Shown here: positions 1-9,411 of the stretch, piece after piece
Layout of the letters: each line of letters starts with the position of its first letter
Numbering within the stretch: position 1 is the first letter of the stretch
DNA from: Eubacteriales bacterium
Lineage (GTDB): Bacteria > Bacillota > Clostridia > Oscillospirales > SIG627
NCBI GenBank assembly: GCA_045536965.1
Contig: JAZSON010000021.1
Span: forward strand, 26,797-90,796
Direction: 5' to 3'
DNA: 64,000 nt
Program-made: the position numbers and the translations under genes
The notes under the pieces: generated by a model
The model's database searches: none
Told to the model about the DNA's origin: nothing
Seen by the model: only the letters and a program-made list of their open reading frames with translations

Positions 1-1
1 T

Positions 2-388
2 CTGTTGATCGATATTACGAAACAAATCGAACAGCTTACCCCTGCTTCGGTCGAAAAATATAAAGCGCGTTTGGAACAAAAAATCCGCGAAACGCTTGCC
101 GAACGTCAAATTGACGATGCGCGTATACTTACCGAAGTTGCTCTTTTTGCCGATCGTGTGTCGGTTGATGAGGAATTGACTCGCTTACATAGCCACATTG
201 ACCAGTTTAAAAATTTGCTTAACACTTCGGTTCCCGTGGGGAGAAAGCTGGACTTTTTAACCCAAGAAATGAATCGTGAGGTTAACACCACGGGATCCAA
301 ATGTTCTGAAATCGAGATCACACGTTTGGTGGTTGAAGCCAAGAGTGTGCTTGAAAAAATTCGCGAACAAATTCAAAATGTGGAGTGA
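2..388 (+). CDS. YicC/YloC family endoribonuclease, 3' part (5' end outside window)
   Basis: C-terminal [21 protein letters not shown]...[11 protein letters not shown] motif of YicC (DUF1732); classic position before remA-gmk. Confidence 0.93.
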   Translation: MLIDITKQIEQLTPASVEKYKARLEQKIRETLAERQIDDARILTEVALFADRVSVDEELTRLHSHIDQFKNLLNTSVPVGRKLDFLTQEMNREVNTTGSKCSEIEITRLVVEAKSVLEKIREQIQNVE

Positions 389-393
389 GAAGC

Positions 394-660
394 ATGAAAC
401 TCGTTAACATCGGTTTTGGAAACATGGTAAACGTCAAACGCGTGGTGGCGTTGGTCTCCCCCGATTCTTCACCGGTTAAACGTTTGATTCAAGATGCCAA
501 AGAGGCGGGCCGCGCCATTGATGTGACATGCGGTCGAAAAACCCGTTCGGTCCTTGTCACAGACAGTGATCACGTTCTCCTCTCTGCCCTTCAACCCGAG
601 ACGCTTTCGTCCCGATTGAATGGCAAGGATGTACACGACGAGGTACAAGATGATGCATAA
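394..660 (+). CDS. remA: Extracellular matrix regulator RemA (DUF370)
   Basis: [12 protein letters not shown]...[30 protein letters not shown]; GGAG RBS before ATG 394; yicC-remA-gmk order. Confidence 0.93.
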   Translation: MKLVNIGFGNMVNVKRVVALVSPDSSPVKRLIQDAKEAGRAIDVTCGRKTRSVLVTDSDHVLLSALQPETLSSRLNGKDVHDEVQDDA

Positions 661-1276
661 AGGGCATATTTTGATTGTATCCGGATGCGCGGGTAGCGGA
701 AAAGGTACAATTTTGACTGATTTTCGAAAAAAATGTGATCGAGTGTATTATTCCGTTTCGTGTACCACCAGACCCATGCGACCGGGTGAAATTGACGGTG
801 TGCACTATTACTTTAAAACACGCGAAGAATTTGAAACAATGCTTGCAAACGGTGAATTCGCGGAACACACCGAATATTGCGGGAATTATTATGGAACACC
901 CATTCATCCTTTGCTTGACGCCGTGAAAAACGGAAAAATCGCCATCCTCGAAATAGAGACCGAGGGAGCTTTAAATATCATGGCGAAATTCCCCGAGCAC
1001 TTGTCGGTTTTCATCGCGCCACCTGATGGTAAAACCTTGGAGCACCGCTTGCGTTCCCGCGGCACAGAGGATGAGCCTGTTATCCAAAAGCGTATGGAAA
1101 CCGCTCGCCTGGAAATTCCTCTTGCAACCCGTTACCAACATGTTTTGATCAATCATGATGATCGCGCAAGTGATGTTGCCGATACTATTTTGGCCATCTG
1201 TAACGGGGAGTCTTTTGGTGAATCGGATGTATTTGTCCGTGACATCGACAACTTTATTAGCCATTATTTTGATTAA
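650..1276 (+). CDS. gmk: Guanylate kinase
   Basis: P-loop [37 protein letters not shown]; start moved to ATG 650 after GAGGT. Confidence 0.96.
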   Translation: MMHKGHILIVSGCAGSGKGTILTDFRKKCDRVYYSVSCTTRPMRPGEIDGVHYYFKTREEFETMLANGEFAEHTEYCGNYYGTPIHPLLDAVKNGKIAILEIETEGALNIMAKFPEHLSVFIAPPDGKTLEHRLRSRGTEDEPVIQKRMETARLEIPLATRYQHVLINHDDRASDVADTILAICNGESFGESDVFVRDIDNFISHYFD

Positions 1277-1302
1277 ACATAAATGAAAACGAGGTGCTGA
1301 AA

Positions 1303-1602
1303 ATGATTTATCCTTCCATTGAAGAACTCTCCAAAAACAACAAGTTTAACCGCTACATGATCTGCATTGCAACAGCAAAATGCGCCAGAGCGGTTACACA
1401 AGAAAACCTGATCAAATATCCTGCTTTGAGCAAGGATGCCAGCGAAGCGGAAAAGAATGCTCGTAAAGCGCTCGGTGAAGAAAAAGCAGTCAGAACCGCC
1501 ATCAATCTCCTCCACACCGATGCATTTACCATTCATGTAAATGAACCGACCGTGATTGAGGGAGAAACAGAATCAGTTGAGCAAACCGAAGAAAACGCCT
1601 GA
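1303..1602 (+). CDS. rpoZ: RNA polymerase omega subunit
   Basis: MIYPSIEEL..NRYMICIATAKCAR..KAVRTAI; follows gmk; GAGGTG RBS. Confidence 0.85.
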   Translation: MIYPSIEELSKNNKFNRYMICIATAKCARAVTQENLIKYPALSKDASEAEKNARKALGEEKAVRTAINLLHTDAFTIHVNEPTVIEGETESVEQTEENA

Positions 1603-1617
1603 TTTGAAAGAAAGGAA

Positions 1618-4119
1618 GTGATCGGCATGAATAATGCAGCCGCAGTTCTACCGATTGCTTCTGTGCGCCTTTTACACGCCAATCGTTTCATCGATCGTGA
1701 TTTTGATTATCTCGTCCCCGATGAATTTGATTGTTCTCGCGGTTCCTTGGTTGGAGTACCGTTCGGACGCTCCAACAAAGAGATGCTTGCTGTGGTTGTT
1801 GAGCGTAAAACGGGCGATGCCTCCAAGCTTAAACGTATCTCCTTTGTTCTCGATGCGCCCTATCGTCTCGACGATGAAGCGCTCTCCCTTGCAGCCTACA
1901 TATCCGAACACAATTTTACCGTCTTCGGTGATATCTGTTCTGCCTGTCTGCCGAGCGGACTGCATACATCCTGCAACGCTTTTTACCGCTTACCCGCAGA
2001 TGGAGTAGCGGATATTTGTATCCGCGGACGTATACCACCTGCATTCCAAGAACGCGGGCTGACACCTCAATCAACCGCTTTGGCACTTGCAACCATGTTT
2101 ACCGAACACGATGAACTTCCCGAAACCGTTTTGCATGCGCGTTTTGGCGAAAAACTCACGGGGTGGCTTGTTGCAAAAAAATATTTGCAACGCAAAATCC
2201 ATCTTTCTTGGCGCACTAACGTCAAGGTAATCAAATGCATAAGACTTGCACAAGATGCAGATCCCAATCGCATTCCCAAGGGTACAAAACGTGAAGCGTA
2301 TGAAAAGTTGTTTAATTACCTTTCGCAAGCGGGTGAAAACGGCGCGACATGTTCAAATATGTGCGACCTGTTCTCCCTTTCTCTTTCCAATCTGAAAACC
2401 CTTGAAAAAAATGGGATTGTTTCTTTCTTTCAAACGGTTTCAGACCGTTCGCTTTTATCACCCGTTTCTTCCGTCCCCTCCGACCATTCTCCGTTAAGTT
2501 CCGAGCAAAATACCGCATTCGAGAAATTGCGCGGTTTAATGCAGACAGATAAACCCGCGGCGGCTTTACTTTTCGGTGTAACGGGCAGTGGAAAAACAAA
2601 TGTCCTTCTTGAATTGACGGATGCTTGTTTAAGTATGGGGAAATCCATTTTATATCTTGTGCCCGAGATTGCTCTCACCGCACAAGCGCAGGAGAAATTT
2701 CTCCGCCGTTTTGGTGAAACTGTCTGTGTTCTCCATTCGGGGCTCTCGGAAGGCGAGCGGCATGATGCGTGGGTTTCTGTAAAAAATGGTGAGAAAAAGG
2801 TGATATTGGGTACACGTTCGGCCATTTTTGCTCCCGCTGAAAACGTCGGTTTGATCATTATGGATGAAGAACAGGATGATAGTTACAAATCGGACGGCGC
2901 CTGCAAATACCACACGCGAACGGTTGCGCGCTTTCGTGCAACACATCACAATGCGCTTTTGGTCTTTGCATCCGCTACACCCGATGTCGAAACCTATCAC
3001 AAAGCACAAAGCGGTGATTATGCCCTTGTAACACTCAAGCATCGGTATGGAAACGCAACCCTGCCCAATGTAAAAATCGCCGATCTGCGGGCTGATGCCG
3101 AAAGAAATCCCGGTGAAATGGTCGGGTCGCTCTTAAAAGAAGAGATTGCCGAAAACCTTTCTATGGGCGAGCAAACCATTCTACTGATGAACCGCCGCGG
3201 ATACCACAACTTTTTGTCCTGCCGCTCCTGCGGAGAAGTTATCCGTTGTCCGCACTGTTCTGTTTCCATGACACTTCATGGCATGGAGAATAAACGTCTT
3301 TTATGTCATTATTGCGGATTTACTCTACCCCACCCGCGGTTTTGTCCCTCATGTGGCAGTGAACATCTTTCCCACGGTGGCTGCGGTACGGAAAAATTGG
3401 AGGAGGAATTACAAACCCTTTTCCCGTCCGCACGTCTTTTACGCATGGATGCAGATACCACGGCACTTAAAAACGGTCACGAGAATATTTTATCTGTCTT
3501 TCGCGAACATAAGGCCGACATTCTCATCGGCACACAAATGATCGCCAAAGGACATGATTTCCCCCGTGTATCTCTCGTCGGCGTTATCAACACCGATGCC
3601 TCACTGTTTATGACCGACTACCGAGCCTTTGAAAATACATTTTCACTTCTGACGCAGGTTATTGGTCGCGCGGGGCGCGGAGATAAACCCGGAAGAGCTG
3701 TTATCCAAACTTACCAGCCGTTACATCCTACGATATTACAAGCAACCACACAATCGTACGATGATTTTTTTGCAGGCGAAATTGCTTTAAGAAGGAACTT
3801 GTCTTACCCTCCTTTTTGCCACATCGCTTTGTTAACCGTTTCATCGGCCACCGAAGATATTTTGCAATCATCCATTGATTTGCTTTCCGATACCGTCCGC
3901 ACTGTATTGAAAGAAAATAATTGTAAATCCATGGTTGTATTCGGGCCATTCGAAGCCACGATCTATAAATTGCGCAATGCCTATCGCATGAAAATGTTGA
4001 TTAAGTATAAAAATACAAAGCAGTCCCGTCAAATTCTAAAAACTGTTATTGAAAAATTTGATGCCGCGGCCGACGCTGCCGCTTCCCTAAGTGTCGATAT
4101 CAATCCGGGGCTGATCTAA
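1618..4119 (+). CDS. priA: Primosomal protein N' (PriA helicase)
   Basis: GVTGSGKT Walker A, LVPEIALT, DEEQ, four CxxC pairs, GTQMIAKGHDFP, QVIGRAGR. Confidence 0.97.
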   Translation: MIGMNNAAAVLPIASVRLLHANRFIDRDFDYLVPDEFDCSRGSLVGVPFGRSNKEMLAVVVERKTGDASKLKRISFVLDAPYRLDDEALSLAAYISEHNFTVFGDICSACLPSGLHTSCNAFYRLPADGVADICIRGRIPPAFQERGLTPQSTALALATMFTEHDELPETVLHARFGEKLTGWLVAKKYLQRKIHLSWRTNVKVIKCIRLAQDADPNRIPKGTKREAYEKLFNYLSQAGENGATCSNMCDLFSLSLSNLKTLEKNGIVSFFQTVSDRSLLSPVSSVPSDHSPLSSEQNTAFEKLRGLMQTDKPAAALLFGVTGSGKTNVLLELTDACLSMGKSILYLVPEIALTAQAQEKFLRRFGETVCVLHSGLSEGERHDAWVSVKNGEKKVILGTRSAIFAPAENVGLIIMDEEQDDSYKSDGACKYHTRTVARFRATHHNALLVFASATPDVETYHKAQSGDYALVTLKHRYGNATLPNVKIADLRADAERNPGEMVGSLLKEEIAENLSMGEQTILLMNRRGYHNFLSCRSCGEVIRCPHCSVSMTLHGMENKRLLCHYCGFTLPHPRFCPSCGSEHLSHGGCGTEKLEEELQTLFPSARLLRMDADTTALKNGHENILSVFREHKADILIGTQMIAKGHDFPRVSLVGVINTDASLFMTDYRAFENTFSLLTQVIGRAGRGDKPGRAVIQTYQPLHPTILQATTQSYDDFFAGEIALRRNLSYPPFCHIALLTVSSATEDILQSSIDLLSDTVRTVLKENNCKSMVVFGPFEATIYKLRNAYRMKMLIKYKNTKQSRQILKTVIEKFDAAADAAASLSVDINPGLI

Positions 4120-4136
4120 CGAAACGAGGAAGTTTT

Positions 4137-4610
4137 ATGGCTTTATTAAACATAGTTACCGAAGAGGATCCGATTCTCAGAAAAAGTTCGAGAGAGGTAT
4201 CTGCCATCGACGACAGAACTCTGCGACTTATAGCCGATATGAAACAAACGCTTGCAAAATCAGGCGGTGTTGGTCTTGCTGCCGTCCAAGTAGGGGTACT
4301 CAAACGCATTTTTATGATCGACGTTGGTGATGGACCTGTCGTCTTTATCAATCCCGTTATCATTTCTACCGAAGGTAAAAGAGAAGTGTCGGAGGGATGT
4401 CTTTCTTGTCCGGGTAAATGGGGACTTACCCAAAGACCCGAAACCGTAGTTATGGAGGCCACTGATGAAAAAGGCGAGCGATTTACCATGGAAGGACATG
4501 GATTGTTTGCACAAGCCATGATCCATGAATACAACCACTTAGACGGTAAATTATTTTTAGACGATGTTATCAGAATGTTGTCCGAAGATGAATTGGATGG
4601 ATTACAATGA
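4137..4610 (+). CDS. def: Peptide deformylase
   Basis: GVGLAAVQ, EGCLS and HEYNHLDG motifs. Confidence 0.97.
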   Translation: MALLNIVTEEDPILRKSSREVSAIDDRTLRLIADMKQTLAKSGGVGLAAVQVGVLKRIFMIDVGDGPVVFINPVIISTEGKREVSEGCLSCPGKWGLTQRPETVVMEATDEKGERFTMEGHGLFAQAMIHEYNHLDGKLFLDDVIRMLSEDELDGLQ

Positions 4611-5563
4611 ATAGAATATTATTTATGGGAACACCCGATTTTGCAGTGACGGCACTGAAAGCCTTGGTGGACGCTTATGGTGACGGCTGTCAATTCACGG
4701 TTGTCACCATGCCCGATAAACCCGTCGGTCGCCATCACACCCTGCAAGCTCCACCTGTAAAGCAATATGCCGAATCTGTCGGCATTCCCGTTTATCAGCC
4801 CGAAAGCATGAAAGAAGAGGTTTTTGGGAATATTCTAAAAACGATCGACCCCGATTGTATTATCGTGGCTGCCTTCGGAAGAATTCTACCGCCCTATATT
4901 TTGGAGTATCCCCGTTATCACTGTGTAAACATTCACGCCTCCCTCCTCCCCGTCTATCGCGGTGCTTCCCCTATTCACACCGCGGTTATCAACGGAGAAA
5001 CTGAGAGTGGAATTACCATCATGAAAATGGCGGAAGGTCTTGATACAGGCGATATAATTCTGCAAGAGAGCATCGCGCTTTCCGAGGATGAAACCACCGG
5101 CACATTGCACGATCGTTTGGCCATTCTCGGCGGTGAAATGATAGTAAAATATGTTTCTCTCGCCCCCAAGGGTGAGTTTTCTTTCACGCCCCAAGATGAC
5201 AGCCGTTCTTCTTATGCGGCAAAAATTGATTTTGATGCACGCCGTATTTCATTTTCGCGTCCCGCTCGGTCTGTACTGTCACAGATCCGTGGGCTTCAAC
5301 CCGTTCCCGGCGCCATCTGTTTTTCAAAACAAAGCGGGAAGCAATTAAAAATCATGGAAGCTACCGTCACCGATCGTGATGTGGTGAATATGGAAGCGGG
5401 AAGCGTCCTTGTGGACAAAAAAGAAGTTTTGGTAGCCTGTGAAGATCGGTATATCGCCCTAAAACGTCTTCAAGAGGAAGGCGGAAAGCCCATCGATACT
5501 GCCGCATGCATCAACGGCAGGAAACTTGTAACGGGAGATATACTTGTACCTCGAAAGGATTAA
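4607..5563 (+). CDS. fmt: Methionyl-tRNA formyltransferase
   Basis: LFMGTPDFA, NIHASLLPVYRGASPI, GLDTGD. Confidence 0.97.
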   Translation: MNRILFMGTPDFAVTALKALVDAYGDGCQFTVVTMPDKPVGRHHTLQAPPVKQYAESVGIPVYQPESMKEEVFGNILKTIDPDCIIVAAFGRILPPYILEYPRYHCVNIHASLLPVYRGASPIHTAVINGETESGITIMKMAEGLDTGDIILQESIALSEDETTGTLHDRLAILGGEMIVKYVSLAPKGEFSFTPQDDSRSSYAAKIDFDARRISFSRPARSVLSQIRGLQPVPGAICFSKQSGKQLKIMEATVTDRDVVNMEAGSVLVDKKEVLVACEDRYIALKRLQEEGGKPIDTAACINGRKLVTGDILVPRKD

Positions 5564-5565
5564 AA

Positions 5566-6270
5566 ATGTTTCAAACCATTCAAGATACCTATATTTTTCT
5601 GTTTGCTTTTATTGCTGTGGCAATTTTTACCGTATTTGCTCAAATCAAAGTCAAATCCAATTATGCCACATTCAGCCAATTTCGCACCAAAAACGGTATG
5701 AGCGGCGCACAAGTAGCCAAGCGCGTTTTAGAGCAAAATGGTGTCTATGGCGTGTCCATTGAGCGCGTGAAAGGTCAAATGACCGACCATTATGACCCTC
5801 GCTCCAATACCATTCGTCTTTCCGAAGGCGTATTTGATGCCCAAACGGTCGCTGCTGCGGGTATAGCCGCTCACGAAGCAGGTCATGCTGTACAGTATGC
5901 AAAAAAGTACGCTCCCATCAAATTCCGTACCGCTATTCTTCCCGTTTGTCAAATTGGATCCAATCTCGCCATGCCTCTTTTGCTGATCGGTTTATTGATG
6001 CAGACATTCGAACTTATGGTTATTGGTGTTCTGTTTTACGGTGTTGCTACACTCTTTCAATTGATCACCCTTCCCGTTGAATTCAATGCCAGCCGTAGAG
6101 CCATGAAAGCCATAGAAATCGGTGATATTTTGGTCGAGGATGAAAGAGTGGGAGCGAAAAAAATGCTTACCTCTGCCGCATTGACTTATGTTGCCGCTTT
6201 GGCCGCCTCCCTGATAAACCTTCTTCGCCTCATTTTACTTGTAAATAACACAAGAAACAGAAGGAACTGA
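5566..6270 (+). CDS. Membrane zinc metallopeptidase (YugP/Zn_peptidase_2 family)
   Basis: LTDHYDP-like MTDHYDP, AAHEAGHAVQ (HExxH), TLPVEFNASRRA, AALTYVAA. Confidence 0.9.
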   Translation: MFQTIQDTYIFLFAFIAVAIFTVFAQIKVKSNYATFSQFRTKNGMSGAQVAKRVLEQNGVYGVSIERVKGQMTDHYDPRSNTIRLSEGVFDAQTVAAAGIAAHEAGHAVQYAKKYAPIKFRTAILPVCQIGSNLAMPLLLIGLLMQTFELMVIGVLFYGVATLFQLITLPVEFNASRRAMKAIEIGDILVEDERVGAKKMLTSAALTYVAALAASLINLLRLILLVNNTRNRRN

Positions 6271-6271
6271 A

Positions 6272-7564
6272 ATGAAAGTAACAGGAAACCCCCGCGCTTC
6301 GGCGGTAGCTTTATTGTTGCGTTGCGAAAAACAAGGAAGTTATGCCAATCTTGCGCTGGATGCTTATCTTGATCGCTCCGAAATGTCCGATCCCGACAAA
6401 CGATTACTCACCGCACTTGTGTACGGTGTGATTGAACGCAAAATCACATTTGATCACATATTAAATTGCCTTTCAAACCGTGAAAACACGGAGATTGACC
6501 CCCGCGTTCGGTTCATTATATATACTGCTTTTTATCAATTGATGTTCATGGACCGCATCCCCCCCCACGCCGTTCTGAATGAAGCGGTTGCATACGGAAA
6601 ACAGTTATGCGGACCCGGTGCCGCCACCTTTATCAATGCTGTTTTGCGTTCCATGCAAAGAAAGGGAACTGAACTTTCAAGTTATACCGACGGCTTGAAG
6701 GGAGATACCCTGCTTTCTGTGATGTATTCGGTACCGTTATGGTTGGTGGCCATGTGGCGAGAAGCCTATGGGACGGAACAAACCGAAAAGATTTTACAAG
6801 CAGGTTTTGATAAACCCCGCGTTACACTTTGTGTGAACACCTTGAAGATTTCCGTTGATGATTTTTGTAAAAAAGTGATCGATGCGGGCATTTCCCCCGA
6901 GAGATTGGGATCAAACGCTCTTCTTTTGCCGTCCGTTCCCATCAAAAACATTCCGGGATTTGATGAAGGACTTTTTTTCGTTCAGGATTTTTCTTGTCAA
7001 CAAGCCATTCTTGCCTTATCTCCCCGTCCCGGCGATACTGTTATAGATGTATGCAGCGCCCCCGGCGGAAAATCATTTCGCAGTGCCATTGCTATGCAAA
7101 ACAACGGTAACATTTATTCGTTTGATATTCATGAAAATCGCCTATCGGTTGTAAATGAAAATGCAAAACGTCTTGGTATATCGATATTGCATACCAAAGC
7201 TGCCGACGGTCGTATTTTACAAAGTGAATTGGTTGAAACCGCTGATTGTGTGATTTGTGATGTTCCTTGTTCAGGTCTGGGTGTTTTAGCTAAAAAACCC
7301 GATATCCGCAACAAAAAAACGGCCGACATCGGCACATTGCCCGCCACCCAAAAAGCCATACTGGAGGCGGCTTCGCAATATGTTAAAACGGGCGGTAAAC
7401 TCATTTACGCCACCTGCACCCTATCTCCCGTTGAAAACGAAAATATTACCAACGCATTTTTAGAAACGCATCCGAATTTTACAAGAGAAAATGGTTGTCC
7501 GTGTACGATTTTCCCTGACCGTCTGCACGATGGATTTTTCTACGATATTTTTATAAAAAGGTAA
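6272..7564 (+). CDS. rsmB: 16S rRNA m5C967 methyltransferase RsmB (NusB-like N-domain)
   Basis: DVCSAPGGKS, DVPCSGLG, YATCTL; position after fmt. Confidence 0.95.
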   Translation: MKVTGNPRASAVALLLRCEKQGSYANLALDAYLDRSEMSDPDKRLLTALVYGVIERKITFDHILNCLSNRENTEIDPRVRFIIYTAFYQLMFMDRIPPHAVLNEAVAYGKQLCGPGAATFINAVLRSMQRKGTELSSYTDGLKGDTLLSVMYSVPLWLVAMWREAYGTEQTEKILQAGFDKPRVTLCVNTLKISVDDFCKKVIDAGISPERLGSNALLLPSVPIKNIPGFDEGLFFVQDFSCQQAILALSPRPGDTVIDVCSAPGGKSFRSAIAMQNNGNIYSFDIHENRLSVVNENAKRLGISILHTKAADGRILQSELVETADCVICDVPCSGLGVLAKKPDIRNKKTADIGTLPATQKAILEAASQYVKTGGKLIYATCTLSPVENENITNAFLETHPNFTRENGCPCTIFPDRLHDGFFYDIFIKR

Positions 7565-7568
7565 TAAA

Positions 7569-8627
7569 ATGATTCAAAACGCATTCGGCAAGATTGATTT
7601 GAGAAGCTTGCTCCCGCAGGAACTTTCGGATATTTTGGTTGAAAACGGCATTGAAAAATACCGAGCGCAACAAATTTTCCGTTGGCTTTACCGTCATGTT
7701 GATTCCTTTGAAGAAATGACAGACATACCCAAAAAGCATCTGCCCAAATTACATGATTTGTTCTATATTTCTTCCCTGAAGGTCGGAACAGTACAAACCT
7801 CGGCTATCGACGGGACAAAGAAATATTTATTTATCTTAGACGATGGCAACGCGGTTGAAACCGTATCCATGAAATATGAACACGGAAACTCCATTTGCGT
7901 TTCCTCGCAGGTGGGCTGCAAAATGGGGTGCGCTTTTTGCGCATCCACGAAAGCGGGTTTTGTTCGAAACCTCCTCCCTTCCGAAATTCTTTTACAGCTT
8001 GAATATGTCATTCGTGATCGATCAAAAAACGAGCCTGACTATCGCATTTCCAATGTGGTGATCATGGGAATTGGTGAACCGCTGGACAATTATGATAACA
8101 TTCTTCGTTTTTTGCACCTTCTTAATGAAAAGGATGGATTCAATATCGGTTACAGGCACATATCCCTTTCCACTTGTGGCCTTGTACCCAACATCTACAA
8201 GCTTGCCGAGGAAAGCTTACCTATCACACTCTCCATATCACTCCATGCGCCCGATGATGAAATTCGTGCCCAAATCATGCCTGTTAACCAACGTTATGAT
8301 GTACAAACCTTGATCAAAGCTTGCAGGGATTATATCGATCGATGCGGACGACGTATATCTTTTGAATATGCTTTGATCCACGGTGTCAATGATCGTATTT
8401 GTGATGCGGAAAAGCTCGCAAAACTTCTCTCCGGTATGCTCTGCCATGTAAATTTAATTCGTATCAATCCCATAAAAGAAAAATCATTTTCTCCATCTCC
8501 CCCTGATGATGTTGCAAAATTTGTCAAAACTCTCGAAAAACACCATATAAACGCAACCGTTCGTCGCAGGTTAGGACTTGACATCGATGCTGCCTGTGGA
8601 CAACTCAGAAAAAGCCAAATGCAATAA
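7569..8627 (+). CDS. rlmN: 23S rRNA m2A2503 radical-SAM methyltransferase
   Basis: SSQVGCKMGCAFCAS (CxxxCxxC), MGIGEPLDN, SLHAP, DIDAACGQL. Confidence 0.96.
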   Translation: MIQNAFGKIDLRSLLPQELSDILVENGIEKYRAQQIFRWLYRHVDSFEEMTDIPKKHLPKLHDLFYISSLKVGTVQTSAIDGTKKYLFILDDGNAVETVSMKYEHGNSICVSSQVGCKMGCAFCASTKAGFVRNLLPSEILLQLEYVIRDRSKNEPDYRISNVVIMGIGEPLDNYDNILRFLHLLNEKDGFNIGYRHISLSTCGLVPNIYKLAEESLPITLSISLHAPDDEIRAQIMPVNQRYDVQTLIKACRDYIDRCGRRISFEYALIHGVNDRICDAEKLAKLLSGMLCHVNLIRINPIKEKSFSPSPPDDVAKFVKTLEKHHINATVRRRLGLDIDAACGQLRKSQMQ

Positions 8628-8640
8628 CACGGAGGTCATT

Positions 8641-9399
8641 ATGCTTTTTTGCGGACTTACCCACGCGGGTAAAATCAGAAAAGACAATCAAGATGTTTTC
8701 CTCTTTCGACAAGTGTCAGATTGCTTACTTGCCGTTTTGTGTGACGGTGTAGGCGGTCATGGCGGTGGTGATCAAGCGGCGCAAACCGCCATCCACACCT
8801 TTGTGGATAAAATGGAGGAAAAATTACAGGATCTATCCAATCATACAAAAGAAGCTTTTTTTGATAAACTGCCTACTTATATTGAGAAATTTTTCACACT
8901 CGCGGCAGATCATGCCAACATAGCCGTACTTAACCAAGGAAAACAAACGGGGCTGGACAGTATGTCCACTACACTCATTTGCGCCTTGTTTGCCAAAGAT
9001 CAACTGCATATCTTCAATGTCGGTGATAGCCGTCTGTACGACATTACCGCACTACCCGTGCAAATTTCAAAAGATCAGTCTTGGGTTCAGGCCATGGTTG
9101 ATATGGGGCGCCTTACCCCCGAGCAAGCCAAGGACCACCCCAATAAAAACATCATTGTTTCAGCCATCGGTAGCAAAAACGGCGTGGATGGCGACTACAT
9201 TTCTTTAAAACTTTGCGCTAGTATAAGCAGATACATGCTTTGCTCAGACGGTCTTTCGGATTATATGGACATCAGTAATTTTGATGATTTGTTTTCCGAA
9301 ACCCACTCACCCGATGAATTATGTAGACTTTTAATTGACCGTGCTAACTCACTGGGTGGCAAAGATAACGTTACAGTTTTGGTTATTGAAACCGCATAG
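8641..9399 (+). CDS. prpC: PP2C-type Ser/Thr phosphatase (PrpC/Stp1)
   Basis: RKDNQD, CDGVGGH, NVGDSR, LCSDGL, GGKDNVT; GGAGGT RBS; precedes PASTA kinase. Confidence 0.93.
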   Translation: MLFCGLTHAGKIRKDNQDVFLFRQVSDCLLAVLCDGVGGHGGGDQAAQTAIHTFVDKMEEKLQDLSNHTKEAFFDKLPTYIEKFFTLAADHANIAVLNQGKQTGLDSMSTTLICALFAKDQLHIFNVGDSRLYDITALPVQISKDQSWVQAMVDMGRLTPEQAKDHPNKNIIVSAIGSKNGVDGDYISLKLCASISRYMLCSDGLSDYMDISNFDDLFSETHSPDELCRLLIDRANSLGGKDNVTVLVIETA

Positions 9400-9411
9400 A
9401 GGATATATAAT